DNA of 64,000 nt from Bacillota bacterium (GTDB lineage Bacteria > Bacillota > JAAYKD01). The notes beneath the pieces were generated by a model. The model worked only from the letters and a program-made list of their open reading frames with translations, was not told the origin of the DNA and ran no database searches. The DNA lies in contig JAAYKD010000049.1 of the NCBI GenBank assembly GCA_012522585.1, positions 2,808 to 66,807 of the forward strand, given 5' to 3'. Shown here one piece after another: positions 9,641 through 19,670 of the stretch (position 1 is its first letter; each line of letters starts with the position of its first letter). A program made the position numbers and the translations under genes.

Positions 9641-9719
9641 TCCCGGGTTAGGCAGACACATCTTTTCCTATTAATTCAAGGAAAAGGCCAATATGACTTG
9701 CCAAATCCGGGACTTTTTT
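9641..9719 (+). terminator. Structured element or terminator downstream of the S9 peptidase gene
   Basis: Outer stem gtcccgg(9641-9647)/ccgggac encloses the inner hairpin cttttcc…ggaaaag and is followed by TTTTTTG. Confidence 0.45.
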
Positions 9720-9955
9720 GTTATTATTATTAAGTTAGAACAAAACCAAGATCGTTCAGTGTGGTTTAGGTGTTTTCCTTTTCGCAAATTTTTATTATTG
9801 AGGATTTGAGGCATGTGAAATCATTCTTAATTGATAGTATTGCTAATTCCAATCTAACTTGAAATTTATCTGATGGCTTTTCATTTTAGCCTTGATTGGC
9901 TAACTTGATGATAAAATGTAACACGAAATCAATGTCGACCAGAAGGAGTAAAAAA

Positions 9956-11245
9956 ATGAAATCCCAAGAAAGAACCTACCAAATTGGCTTTTATGGTTAT
10001 ATGCTCAGCGTTAACTTTCTGTTTTTAGCTGCAGCATTAGTCTTCAATCAGGATGGTCAGATGCTTTCAGGTCTAGCAAAAACCCTAACATCTTTTGCCG
10101 GTTCCACCATGGATTATTTTTCTGCCGGAGGTCTATCTGCTGCCCTTTTAAATGTCTCCCTGAGTGGCTTTTTAGCCTTTTTAGTATTTTTATCCGGGAA
10201 GACGAAAGCCAGCGGCTCAGGACTCATGGCTTACATGATAACTCTGGGATTCTCCTTTTATGGAAAAACATTTTTAACATCCCTGCCCATAGTTGTAGGA
10301 GTTTATCTCTATTCACGTTTGAACAAAATAAAATGGACTCAAAATACCGCCATGGCTCTTTTCGCCTGTTCTCTAGACCCTACAGTCAGTCTCTTCGCTT
10401 TTCATCCCCTGCATTTAAAATACCCTCTTTTTCTGCGCTCAATAGTAGCCCTTTCCGTTGGTCTTCTGATCGGCTTGATTGTTCCTATCGTCTCCAAACA
10501 CAGCAGCAAGATCCACAAGGGGTTCAATATTTATAATGTGGGTTTATCCGGAGGCTTGACCGCCTGGTTCATCTTTCAAATCTACCGCAGCACCTTTCTG
10601 GCCCAGCAAAACTTGGACAGCCAGGGGTTTTTACAAAGTGTCTTCAGCAGCGGAGAGAAAACTCCTATTCTGATACTTTACTCGCTGCTCTTCCTCTTAT
10701 TATTCCTCTGGGGTCTCTATATAAAAACCTACGGGGAAGATAAGCCTTCACTGAGCAGCTTGTTCAAAAGAAGCGGTCATAACTGTGATTTTGTTAAGGA
10801 AGAAGGGTTGGCAGCCACCTTTTGGAACATGGCCATCATCGGCATTATCTTTCTCACCTTTTATTATCTGGTGGGAGCGCCCTTTACCGGACCCACGGTC
10901 GGTGCTCTGCTCTGTGCGATTTGCCTGAGCAGCAATGGAGTCAGTCTGACAAACGCCTGGCCTAGTTTTGCCGGATACTTTTTGGCTTCCTTAGTCATGC
11001 CCTTTTCCCTCGGTTCACAAGCACAAGCTGTAACCCTCTCCTTTGCCTTAGCCCTTGCCCCAATCAGCGGAGTCTATGGCTGGTTCTGGGGTATAATTGG
11101 AGGATTCGCTCACGCTGCCATCGCTCCCTACTCAGCAGCCGTTCACGGCGGCCTAACTCTCTATAATGGAGGTTTTGCGGCCGGTATTATCGCCGCTGTT
11201 TTAGTTCCCATCATGGAACATTTTAAAGAACAAAGAGCAAATTAG
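9956..11245 (+). CDS. DUF1576-like polytopic membrane protein
   Basis: Highly hydrophobic protein of about 430 aa. AAGGAG sits 8 nt upstream of the ATG at 9956; the ORF-track start at 9896 has no RBS. Confidence 0.5.
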   Translation: MKSQERTYQIGFYGYMLSVNFLFLAAALVFNQDGQMLSGLAKTLTSFAGSTMDYFSAGGLSAALLNVSLSGFLAFLVFLSGKTKASGSGLMAYMITLGFSFYGKTFLTSLPIVVGVYLYSRLNKIKWTQNTAMALFACSLDPTVSLFAFHPLHLKYPLFLRSIVALSVGLLIGLIVPIVSKHSSKIHKGFNIYNVGLSGGLTAWFIFQIYRSTFLAQQNLDSQGFLQSVFSSGEKTPILILYSLLFLLLFLWGLYIKTYGEDKPSLSSLFKRSGHNCDFVKEEGLAATFWNMAIIGIIFLTFYYLVGAPFTGPTVGALLCAICLSSNGVSLTNAWPSFAGYFLASLVMPFSLGSQAQAVTLSFALALAPISGVYGWFWGIIGGFAHAAIAPYSAAVHGGLTLYNGGFAAGIIAAVLVPIMEHFKEQRAN

Positions 11246-11387
11246 ACAAAAGAAAACATTGGATAAGAGAGGCCCTATTTTAAGTTTTTTAAAGCTTAAA
11301 ATAGGGCTTTTATTAATCTAAGAAGGTTTTTAAAAGGTTAAGGGAGAAATTCTTAATGAATAATTTTATTTTAAAGGAGTTGTTTCA

Positions 11388-13178
11388 ATGCTAGAAAATC
11401 TTAATCCCGTCTGGAATTTAGAAACTATTTTCCCGGGTGGCAGTTCTTCCCCTGAATTAAAAGAGGAAATGGAAAAATTAGCTGCTGAATTAAAACAATT
11501 TGATCAAGGTTTAAACAAAAATCCGCCCCTTTCTTTAGAGGATTGGCTAGAGTGCTTAAACCAAGTTCAGGCCATCGGTGCTCGCCTTCGGGAAGCAGGA
11601 GCTTTTTTAGGCTGCTTAAATGCCGCTAACACCAATGATATCCAAGCTCAAATGCTCTCTGGAGCTTTCTTCCCTATCTTTGCTGGTTTCGATCAGATCA
11701 GAACAAAGATCATGGTTTTTTTAAGCCAAATGGATCAAGAAGCCTTTAACAATCTGATCGCTGCTCCCCAATTGCAGGAATACAATTTTGTCATCAAAGA
11801 GATGAGAAGCCTCTCCAAACAGAGATTACCCTTAGAACAGGAACAATTGATCAGCAATTTGAGCATCAACGGCTTAAACGCTTGGGGCACCCTCTATCAA
11901 CGCTTGGTCTCCAGAGTTAAAATTGAATTGGTCGAAAAAGACGGTAGCATCTCCGAGCTTTCAGCCGGTCAAGCCTACAACAGATTGTCCGATCCGGACA
12001 GATCGATTCGGGAGCAATTGATGCCTAAATGGGAAGAAGCATGGAGTGATTTAGCTGAAATTGCAGCCCATGAACTCAATTCTCTGATTGGTTTCAGATT
12101 GGAAGTTTACAAAGCCCGAGGCTGGTCAGATCCCTTGACTCAAGCCCTGCAACAAAACCGCATTGAACGCAAAACCATCGAGACCATGTGGTCAACCATC
12201 GATAAAAACAAGGATGCTCTCCTCGATTATCTCAATGCCAAGAAAAAGCTTTTAGGTGTTGAAGAATTATCCTGGCACGATTTTTCCGCCCCGGTGGGCA
12301 ATCAAGATGAAGCTTGGACCTATACCCAAGGAGCCAATTTCATCATCGAGCAATTCCAAAGATTCAGCCCCAAAATGGCCGAATTTGCCCAACATGCTTT
12401 TGAAAATCGCTGGGTCGAAGCAGAAAACAGAAGTGGAAAAGGAGTTGGTGCCTTCTGCACAACTTTGCCGGTCAGCAAGGAAACTCGTATTTTCACCACT
12501 TTCTCGGGAACGATCAACAATGTCACTACTTTGGCTCACGAATTAGGCCATGGTTTCCATGCTTATGCCATGAAGGACATGTCTCTGATCAACCAAGAAA
12601 TTGGCATGTGCTTGGCTGAAACTGCTTCAACCTTTTCCGAATTAGTCGTTTCCGATGCCGCTATTAAAAGCGCTCAGAACGATCAGGAAAAATTATCTCT
12701 ATTGGAAGATAAAATGCAAAGAGCAGCCAACCATATGATGAACATCCATAGCCGCTTCATCTTTGAAACCAATTACTATGCTGCCCGCCAAAAAGCACCT
12801 CTTTCCTTACAACAAATCAATGAGATGATGGTCGAGGCACAAAAAGAAGCTTATTGCGATGCTTTAGGAGAATGGCATCCCACCTTCTGGTTCTCCAAAG
12901 GGCATTTCCATGGCACCTCAGTTCCCTTCTACAATTTCCCCTATACCTTTGGTTTCCTCTTCGCTACCGGAGTCTATGCTAAAGCTCAAGAAATGGGCGA
13001 TGACTTCGAAGATATGTATGTAGAGTTATTGCAAAACACAGGAGTCATGACCGTTGAAGAGTTGGCCAAAGCTTATTTAGATGTGGATCTAAGAGAAGAA
13101 GAGTTCTGGCAAAGAGCTATTGACTTGGCTTTAAACGATTTAGACGAATACTTGAGACTGGCCGAAAAATTCAGCTAG
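11388..13178 (+). CDS. pepF: Oligoendopeptidase F (M3B family)
   Basis: 596 aa with the HELGHGFH zinc motif and length and context typical of PepF. There is an AAGGAG RBS. Confidence 0.85.
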   Translation: MLENLNPVWNLETIFPGGSSSPELKEEMEKLAAELKQFDQGLNKNPPLSLEDWLECLNQVQAIGARLREAGAFLGCLNAANTNDIQAQMLSGAFFPIFAGFDQIRTKIMVFLSQMDQEAFNNLIAAPQLQEYNFVIKEMRSLSKQRLPLEQEQLISNLSINGLNAWGTLYQRLVSRVKIELVEKDGSISELSAGQAYNRLSDPDRSIREQLMPKWEEAWSDLAEIAAHELNSLIGFRLEVYKARGWSDPLTQALQQNRIERKTIETMWSTIDKNKDALLDYLNAKKKLLGVEELSWHDFSAPVGNQDEAWTYTQGANFIIEQFQRFSPKMAEFAQHAFENRWVEAENRSGKGVGAFCTTLPVSKETRIFTTFSGTINNVTTLAHELGHGFHAYAMKDMSLINQEIGMCLAETASTFSELVVSDAAIKSAQNDQEKLSLLEDKMQRAANHMMNIHSRFIFETNYYAARQKAPLSLQQINEMMVEAQKEAYCDALGEWHPTFWFSKGHFHGTSVPFYNFPYTFGFLFATGVYAKAQEMGDDFEDMYVELLQNTGVMTVEELAKAYLDVDLREEEFWQRAIDLALNDLDEYLRLAEKFS

Positions 13179-13183
13179 TTCAA

Positions 13184-13230
13184 CAAAAAACCCGCCTTGA
13201 TTTTAAAAATCAAGACGGGTTTTATTTATT
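13184..13230. terminator. Bidirectional rho-independent terminator between pepF and chrA
   Basis: aaaaaacccgccttgatttt-aaaaatcaagacgggtttt followed by atttattt. Confidence 0.75.
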
Positions 13231-13796
13231 TAGCCTAGAAAGTAATATAAGACGGCTCCAACGACTCCATTGGCCAACATCATCTTAATGGGACCTACCC
13301 TTCTTATTCTCATGATGGCCAGAGAGGTGACAAAAAGCACTACACCTATACCGTTAAAATTAGCAGCGCTCATACCCAATTCAGGGTCATGCCAAAGAGT
13401 CAGTGCTACTATAGAAGTACCGGCCGAAGCGATTAAAGCCACGACAGCAGGTCTTAAACCAGACAAAATAGCCTGCACCACTGATAAATTTTTATACCGT
13501 TTGTATAAAAAGGCTAAAATCAAAACTATGATACAGGATGGCGTCACACAACCTAATGTGGCTACTACCGCTCCAGGAAAACCAGCCATACGGGTTCCCA
13601 CAAAAGTAGAGGTATTGAGGGCTATGGGCCCTGGTGTCATCTGTGAAATGGTGATTATATCGACAAAGTCTGCCATGCTGAGCCACTTGTGCTTGAGCAC
13701 CACCTGCTCTTGAATTAAAGGCAAGCTGGCGTAGCCACCGCCAAAACTCAAGGAGCCGACATGGAAAAAGGTTAAAAACAATTGCAAATAAATCAA
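13230..13796 (-). CDS. chrA: Chromate transporter ChrA family protein (one half-size paralog)
   Basis: 188 aa with 6 TM and ChrA-like motifs (GGGYASLPL). Its start is an ATGA overlap with the upstream paralog's stop. Confidence 0.75.
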   Translation of the reverse strand: MIYLQLFLTFFHVGSLSFGGGYASLPLIQEQVVLKHKWLSMADFVDIITISQMTPGPIALNTSTFVGTRMAGFPGAVVATLGCVTPSCIIVLILAFLYKRYKNLSVVQAILSGLRPAVVALIASAGTSIVALTLWHDPELGMSAANFNGIGVVLFVTSLAIMRIRRVGPIKMMLANGVVGAVLYYFLG

Positions 13797-14371
13797 GAAG
13801 TGCTCACTCTCCGCTCTCTTTTTTTCATATAATACATGTTTAAAAGTGAAGTCAGAGCACTGATTGCTAGGACTAAAAGAATATTCATTTTAAAAACTAA
13901 GATAGCCAGAAGAGCGAAAAACATGATGGCCACATAGAGTATTCTTTTTTGCCCAAAAACAGTACCCGCCATTTTCAAAGAGACATCGACAACGACGGCC
14001 GCTACCCCCGCTTGCATACCTCGCAAAACCAAGGAAACCACAGTACTGCTCTTAAACCAAGTATAGATAGAAGAGACAAGTGTCAGGATAAACAAAGGAG
14101 GCATGATGGTTCCTAAAATACTAAAAAAAGCACCGGGCAAGCCGGCTAAATGATAGCCCAAAAGAATAGAAACATTGACCGCCATAGGGCCGGGCGCTGA
14201 TTGAGCTATTGCGCACAAGTTCAACATTTCTTCTTGTTCCAACCAGCCTAATTCATTGACGAATTTTTGCTGCATCAAGGGAACTATGACCGTACCACCG
14301 CCGAAAGTAAAAGCGCTTAAGGTGAAGGTTGATTGAAATAATTTCCGATAAAATTTGGAATCACGCTGCAT
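13793..14371 (-). CDS. chrA: Chromate transporter ChrA family protein (one half-size paralog)
   Basis: FTFGGGTVIVPLM motif. GGAGG sits 8 nt before the ATG at 14371 (MQRDSKF…); the ORF-track start at 14425 is TTG and has no RBS. Confidence 0.7.
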   Translation of the reverse strand: MQRDSKFYRKLFQSTFTLSAFTFGGGTVIVPLMQQKFVNELGWLEQEEMLNLCAIAQSAPGPMAVNVSILLGYHLAGLPGAFFSILGTIMPPLFILTLVSSIYTWFKSSTVVSLVLRGMQAGVAAVVVDVSLKMAGTVFGQKRILYVAIMFFALLAILVFKMNILLVLAISALTSLLNMYYMKKRERRVSTS

Positions 14372-14452
14372 TATATCGCCTCCAAGAGCCATTATACACC
14401 TGCCAGATATTAAAGTAAAGACCAATCAGGCTAGTCTAAACCTTTGCTTTGG

Positions 14453-15937
14453 CTAGTTTAAAATCCACTGTAAAGAACCGATGATAAAACCTAAAAGAGC
14501 CCCCAATTGAGTGATGGCCCGAAGCTCTCTGCCCACCACATCCATGGTCAATTCTTCCAGCTCAGCTAAGGGAAATTCATTGAGCCTTCTTTCCACGGTT
14601 TTCGCAATATCCAGAGTTTTTAAAGCCGAAGGTAAAACTTTAGCAATACCCTCTTTCAAAGCTGAAAATATATCATCTTGCCAGCTATCGGATAAATTGA
14701 CCATCAGATAGGCCAGAGGGATTTCCTTGTTCAACAAGCTCCTACCTAAGAGCAAGACTCTTTCGGTCAAGAACTCTTCCTGCTCTGCTAAAGACAGGAA
14801 AAGGGACTGCCAAAAAGCTGAAAAATCAATTTCTTCAGGGCCTGAATGAGATTCCAAGCCGCTCAAACTGGGCCCCTGAGCTTCCAAATCAAGATTTGTT
14901 TGATCTGGAGAAGTCAGAAGAGAAGGTATAATCCTGATAGATTTTTCCAGAAGAGTATTCAACCTCTCCGCTGAAAGAAAACCATTTTCACTAAAGCCCA
15001 ATTGGGTCAGAGGAATTTTTACGACTTCATCGCTCAATTCCAGAAGATGAGCGATCACACTTTCTCTGTTCTGCTCCAGCTCATGGGCGGCATTGCTCAG
15101 CTGATTGCGGATAAATTCAAATAAGCTGGCTTCGCTCATCATATTTGAGAGCAAGCTCAAAGACCAGTGTTTTTGCATCAGATTTTGAACGATCGGTAAG
15201 ATGAACTTAGGCAAGGATTCAAAAAGTAGAATCGATTGTAAAATTCTGCTAATCTGCTCAGGGTTTTGTTCTATCAAGCTACTCAAAGCTAGGTAATTGT
15301 CCTGCCCCATGATATCAAGCAGAGTTGTTTCATCTCTTTCGAATTCTTGCAATTTATTACTGTAGATCTTTTTCAAGATTTGATTCGTCTCTTCTTGGGA
15401 AAAAACTTTAATTATAAAATCGAAAATCTCCTGATTGGAGCCGATCTTGCTAAAATTGAATTTCTTGCCGTCCAGAAGATTTGAAAATTTCTGACCCCAG
15501 GCCTTTGCCTCAATCGCTTGGGGCAATTCCTCAATCAGTTTCTCTGCTCTTATTCTTAAAGCTTGGATTAAACTCAGAGTTAAATTCTCTCCCAAAACGG
15601 ATTCCAAGGCTCTTCTTAAAGTTGTGTTTTCTTTTTTGGTTTGAGCCAAGCTGACCCACAATTGCTTATAATAATTGTAAAATTCCGGGTCTTGTAAGGA
15701 TTTTTTCAATTCCTTTTCATTAATCAATTCCTGAGCGATAACTTCTCCGACTTTAACGGCTATTTCACCTCGACGGGCAGGAAGTAGTCCGGGAGTAAAG
15801 GGCAATTTGAGCCCTAGAATTCGGTATTCCCGATAAGGACGGAAGAGCATGCGAATAGCTATCCAGTTTGTGATGTAGCCAATTACCGCCCCTAAAAGAG
15901 GAGGTAAAAGCCATTTATATTGAAAATTGGCCAGCAT
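14453..15937 (-). CDS. DUF445 family protein (YheB-like) with an N-terminal membrane anchor
   Basis: The N-terminus 'LLPPLLGAVIGYITNWIAIRMLFRPY' is the DUF445 signature. 494 aa. Confidence 0.65.
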   Translation of the reverse strand: MLANFQYKWLLPPLLGAVIGYITNWIAIRMLFRPYREYRILGLKLPFTPGLLPARRGEIAVKVGEVIAQELINEKELKKSLQDPEFYNYYKQLWVSLAQTKKENTTLRRALESVLGENLTLSLIQALRIRAEKLIEELPQAIEAKAWGQKFSNLLDGKKFNFSKIGSNQEIFDFIIKVFSQEETNQILKKIYSNKLQEFERDETTLLDIMGQDNYLALSSLIEQNPEQISRILQSILLFESLPKFILPIVQNLMQKHWSLSLLSNMMSEASLFEFIRNQLSNAAHELEQNRESVIAHLLELSDEVVKIPLTQLGFSENGFLSAERLNTLLEKSIRIIPSLLTSPDQTNLDLEAQGPSLSGLESHSGPEEIDFSAFWQSLFLSLAEQEEFLTERVLLLGRSLLNKEIPLAYLMVNLSDSWQDDIFSALKEGIAKVLPSALKTLDIAKTVERRLNEFPLAELEELTMDVVGRELRAITQLGALLGFIIGSLQWILN

Positions 15938-16027
15938 AATAAGACCACCTTGTTTCTATTTACTATTTGTGAGACTAACACAGAGAGGGAAAAATATCAA
16001 GTCGTTTGCTGATTAAGCTGATCGAAT

Positions 16028-16075
16028 AAAAAATCCGGAAGCCTTGATCAAGGCTTCCGGATTTTTATTTTATTT
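16028..16075. terminator. Rho-independent terminator downstream of pckA
   Basis: aaaatccggaagcc-ttgatcaa-ggcttccggatttttatttt. Confidence 0.8.
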
Positions 16076-16095
16076 AACTGATTACAACTTGCTAT

Positions 16096-17676
16096 CTAGG
16101 GCTTATGCACGTAGTAGCTGTTTTTATAATCTGGTACTTCCAATTTTTCGTAGTTCTTTTCGAACATAGCTACTAATTCCCAGGCTTGCTCATCATATTC
16201 TTCTTTGTTTTCCCAAGTATTCTTAGGATTGAGAATTTCTGCAGGTACATTGGGGCAGCTGGTGGGAACACTGACTTTGAAAATTTCGTCTTCTCTATAT
16301 TCAACATCATCCAAATCGCCGTTGAGAGCAGCAGTTACCATAGCTCTGGTGTATTTCAAGGAGATGCGTTCGCCTACTCCAAATTTGCCGCCGGTCCAAC
16401 CTGTATTGAGCAAGAAGACACGAGTGTCATGCTTATCGATCAATTCACCTAATAAATCTCCGTAAACATGGGGTGAACGAGGTAGGAAGGGAGCGCCAAA
16501 GCAAGAGCTAAAGGTTGCTTCAGGAGAAACAATGCCTCTTTCAGTACCGGCTAATTTAGATGTGTAACCGGACAGGAAGTAGTACATGGCCTGCTCTTTA
16601 TTGAGTCGGGCGATGGGGGGCATAACACCAAAAGCATCTGCGGTCAGCAGGAAGATAGTCTTGGGATGGCCACCCTTGGAAGGTACTATAGCACCGGGAA
16701 TATATGTGATGGGATAAGCTGAACGAGTATTTTCAGTCAGTGTATCATCGGTATAATCAGGCTCTCTGGTAATGGGATCAATGACAACGTTTTCTAAAAC
16801 ACTGCCAAATTTAATTGAGTCAAAAATTTGAGGCTCATGTTCTCTAGTCAAATTGATGCATTTAGCATAGCAGCCACCTTCAAAATTGAAGACGCCTTCG
16901 TCTGTCCAACCATGCTCATCGTCGCCGATTAGGCTGCGCAGAGGATCTGCTGAGAGAGTAGTTTTACCTGTTCCGGATAAGCCAAAGAAGAGAGCTACAT
17001 CGCCGTCTTGGCCTACGTTGGCTGAGCAGTGCATGGGGCAAACGCCGCGGTCAGTTAAGAGGAAGTTCATAATGGAGAAGACTGATTTTTTGATTTCGCC
17101 GGCATAATGAGTGCCGCCAATCATGACAACTTTTTTTCCAAAATGAACCATGACGAAAGCTTCACTATTGGTCCGGTCTAATTCGGGGATTGCTTCAAAA
17201 CCAGGAGCTGAAATTATTGTAAAACCAGCTAAATGCTCGGCCAGCTCTTCTTCTGTCGGTCTGATGAACAATTGATGGGCAAACATATTCTGCCATGCTT
17301 TTTCTGTGACGACGCGAATAGGAAGACGATAAGTATGATCGGCACCACAGAAACCATCAAAGACAAACAAATCACGATTTTGCAAGTATGCGGCAAAACG
17401 ATTGAAGAGACGATCGAAATGTTTTTCTTCTATGGGGACGTTAACCTCACCCCAAGCGATTTCATCGTGAATTTCCGGTAAATCGACAATGAATTTGTCC
17501 TTGGGTGAACGACCCGTATATTTACCTGTTTCCACTACCAGGGCTCCAGTGTTGGATAAAACCCCTTCTCCTCTTTCTAAAGCATGCTCCAATAATTGAA
17601 CCGGGGATAAGTTGCGATAAACTTCACCATGGTTATGAATTCCTAAATAACCTAAGTCCACTTTGTTTTCAGGCAT
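16096..17676 (-). CDS. pckA: Phosphoenolpyruvate carboxykinase (ATP)
   Basis: 526 aa with '[11 protein letters not shown]' and a full-length match to the PckA architecture. There is a GGAGG RBS. Confidence 0.95.
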   Translation of the reverse strand: MPENKVDLGYLGIHNHGEVYRNLSPVQLLEHALERGEGVLSNTGALVVETGKYTGRSPKDKFIVDLPEIHDEIAWGEVNVPIEEKHFDRLFNRFAAYLQNRDLFVFDGFCGADHTYRLPIRVVTEKAWQNMFAHQLFIRPTEEELAEHLAGFTIISAPGFEAIPELDRTNSEAFVMVHFGKKVVMIGGTHYAGEIKKSVFSIMNFLLTDRGVCPMHCSANVGQDGDVALFFGLSGTGKTTLSADPLRSLIGDDEHGWTDEGVFNFEGGCYAKCINLTREHEPQIFDSIKFGSVLENVVIDPITREPDYTDDTLTENTRSAYPITYIPGAIVPSKGGHPKTIFLLTADAFGVMPPIARLNKEQAMYYFLSGYTSKLAGTERGIVSPEATFSSCFGAPFLPRSPHVYGDLLGELIDKHDTRVFLLNTGWTGGKFGVGERISLKYTRAMVTAALNGDLDDVEYREDEIFKVSVPTSCPNVPAEILNPKNTWENKEEYDEQAWELVAMFEKNYEKLEVPDYKNSYYVHKP

Positions 17677-17705
17677 ATTTTTGTCCTCCTATCTTGTTTG
17701 TGACT

Positions 17706-17734
17706 ATTTTAACGCATAGAGCCAATTAAGTCAA
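17706..17734 (-). promoter_or_regulatory. Near-consensus sigma-A promoter of pckA
   Basis: On the minus strand: TTGACT, a 17-nt spacer, then TAAAAT. An AT-rich (ATATAT) region lies upstream. Confidence 0.55.
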
Positions 17735-17818
17735 CAATATTACACATTTAATATACAATCGACAGAATATTATTTGAGCAATAAACATATATGATATTAC
17801 ATATAGATATATGAGTGT

Positions 17819-18994
17819 TTAATCTGGCAAGCCCATTATCTTTTTGATATCTTTTTCTAGGATTCGGTACATGGCCCAATTCTCCAGACCATATGTGGCG
17901 AGTAAACTCTCTAAGTTTTTAAAAGAGGTTTTTGGTTTTGTTGTTTTTCCTTGCTGAACAGCCTTGATCAACAGGTTTTTAGGCGTATGCTCTAAAGATA
18001 TAAATTCCATAATATCGGTTTTATAACCAAATACTTCTAAAAGCTCCCCTCTCAAAGCATCGGTAATCAAGGCGGCCAGGCGTTCTTTGAGTATGCCGTG
18101 GCGGAGAAAAGCCTTTTGTTCCTCAGATTTAATCTTGTCCATAAGCTCGTGCTGACAGCAAGGCGCTGCCAAAATCACCCGGGCATCCCATTCAATTGCT
18201 TTGGCTAAGGCTGCATCAGTGGCAGTATCGCAAGCATGTAGGGAAATTACCAAATCAATTTTGCCCTGACTCTGCCAGTCGGCAATATCCCCCAGGGCAA
18301 ATTTTAAATTATGATAATTCAATTTTTCAGCCGTTTTCTGACAAAAACTGACCACATCTTCTTTCAAATCCAAGCCTAGAACATCCGGTTCATAGCCTTG
18401 TTCTGTCAGGTATTTATAGAGGGCAAAGGTCAAATAGGCCTTGCCGCTGCCAAAATCGATGATCTTCAAAGATTTTTTAGGTAAATACTGCAAAACATCT
18501 GCCACAATCTCTAAATAGCGATTGATCTGACGAAACTTATCGTACTTGGCAGCATAGACCTTACCTGCTTTATTCATCACTTTAAGTTCAACTAAAAAGT
18601 CATGAGGTATGCCCTCAGCAAAGATGTAATTCTTTTTGCGGTTATGAGATTCTATTTTAGCCTCTTTGGGAGCAGTTTGAACCCGGATTTTAGTTCTCTT
18701 CTGCCCTAAGAGCAGTTGGTAATCAGTCTCCTCGATTCTGATCAGAGCTTGAACATACTGCTCTTTATGTTGCTCAAACCAAGCTTCTACTTCTTCTTTC
18801 TTTTTAAAGTTTTTGTGGAAAACTTGATTGCCAAAAAAGGCCTCTTCTTGCCAGAAAAAGAAGCCTTGGTTTTTTATTGTCAGAACCCGCCTTTTAAACT
18901 CATTGCCTTTTTTGGGCTGGCTGAAGATGATTTTTATCGGCTGATATTCCTCTAAAGCATTTGTGATCAACTCGGCAATTTTTTTCAAATCCAT
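17819..18994 (-). CDS. Class I SAM-dependent methyltransferase (Methyltransf_32-like)
   Basis: 'KIIDFGSGKAYLTFALY' glycine-rich SAM motif plus 'LHACDTATD…APCCQHEL'. The ATG at 18994 lies downstream of the GTG at 19003. Confidence 0.6.
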   Translation of the reverse strand: MDLKKIAELITNALEEYQPIKIIFSQPKKGNEFKRRVLTIKNQGFFFWQEEAFFGNQVFHKNFKKKEEVEAWFEQHKEQYVQALIRIEETDYQLLLGQKRTKIRVQTAPKEAKIESHNRKKNYIFAEGIPHDFLVELKVMNKAGKVYAAKYDKFRQINRYLEIVADVLQYLPKKSLKIIDFGSGKAYLTFALYKYLTEQGYEPDVLGLDLKEDVVSFCQKTAEKLNYHNLKFALGDIADWQSQGKIDLVISLHACDTATDAALAKAIEWDARVILAAPCCQHELMDKIKSEEQKAFLRHGILKERLAALITDALRGELLEVFGYKTDIMEFISLEHTPKNLLIKAVQQGKTTKPKTSFKNLESLLATYGLENWAMYRILEKDIKKIMGLPD

Positions 18995-19009
18995 TTTCTT
19001 CACTTCTTT

Positions 19010-19639
19010 TCAAAGCCCAATTTTCGGACAGACATCCTCCAAACAACAGCCCTCACACATGGGGTTTCGGGCTTTACAGCGATATCTGCCGTGGTGAATA
19101 AACCAATGATGAGCGGCTGCCCATTTTTTTTCCGGGATAAATGAACAGAGTTGGCTTTCCGTTTGACCGGGATTTTTAGCTGCAGCTAAACCGGTACGAT
19201 TGGCAACTCGAAAGACATGGGTATCGACTGCCAGAGCCGGCAAATCGAAGGCAACAGATAAAACCACATTGGCTGTTTTACGGCCGACTCCGGGGAGTTT
19301 TTCTAATTCCTCCCTGGTTTGAGGCACCTGACCCTCAAAATCTTGTAAAAGCATTTGGGCCATGGCTTTCAAATTCTTAGCTTTATTCCGATACAAGCCG
19401 ACACCCTTGATCAGATCCTCTATCTTAGATCTTTCCAATTGACTTAAAGTCTCTGGATCCGGAGCCTCAAGAAACAATTTTTTAGTCACCTGGTTGACCT
19501 GGATGTCCGTAGTTTGAGCGGATAGTATTACGGCTACCAGAAGTTGAAAATCATTGACAAAATCCAATTCAGGGCCGGCGTCTGCATAGTGTTTTTCCAA
19601 GCGTCTTAATATTTCCAATTTGCGCTCTAAATCAGTCAA
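19010..19639 (-). CDS. nth: Endonuclease III
   Basis: HhH-GPD motif 'LPGVGRKTANVVL' and a C-terminal 4Fe-4S cluster CX6CX2CX5C. TTG start with a GAGGAGG RBS. Confidence 0.9.
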   Translation of the reverse strand: MTDLERKLEILRRLEKHYADAGPELDFVNDFQLLVAVILSAQTTDIQVNQVTKKLFLEAPDPETLSQLERSKIEDLIKGVGLYRNKAKNLKAMAQMLLQDFEGQVPQTREELEKLPGVGRKTANVVLSVAFDLPALAVDTHVFRVANRTGLAAAKNPGQTESQLCSFIPEKKWAAAHHWFIHHGRYRCKARNPMCEGCCLEDVCPKIGL

Positions 19640-19670
19640 AAAAGAACCTCCTCAAATTCAAAAATTGATA

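Noticed and set aside
12256-12546. Three overlapping ORFs (12256..12546 +, 12267..12539 -, 12320..12526 -) inside pepF
   Set aside because: They are alternative-frame or antisense reads of the M3B peptidase gene, and pepF is continuous through the region.
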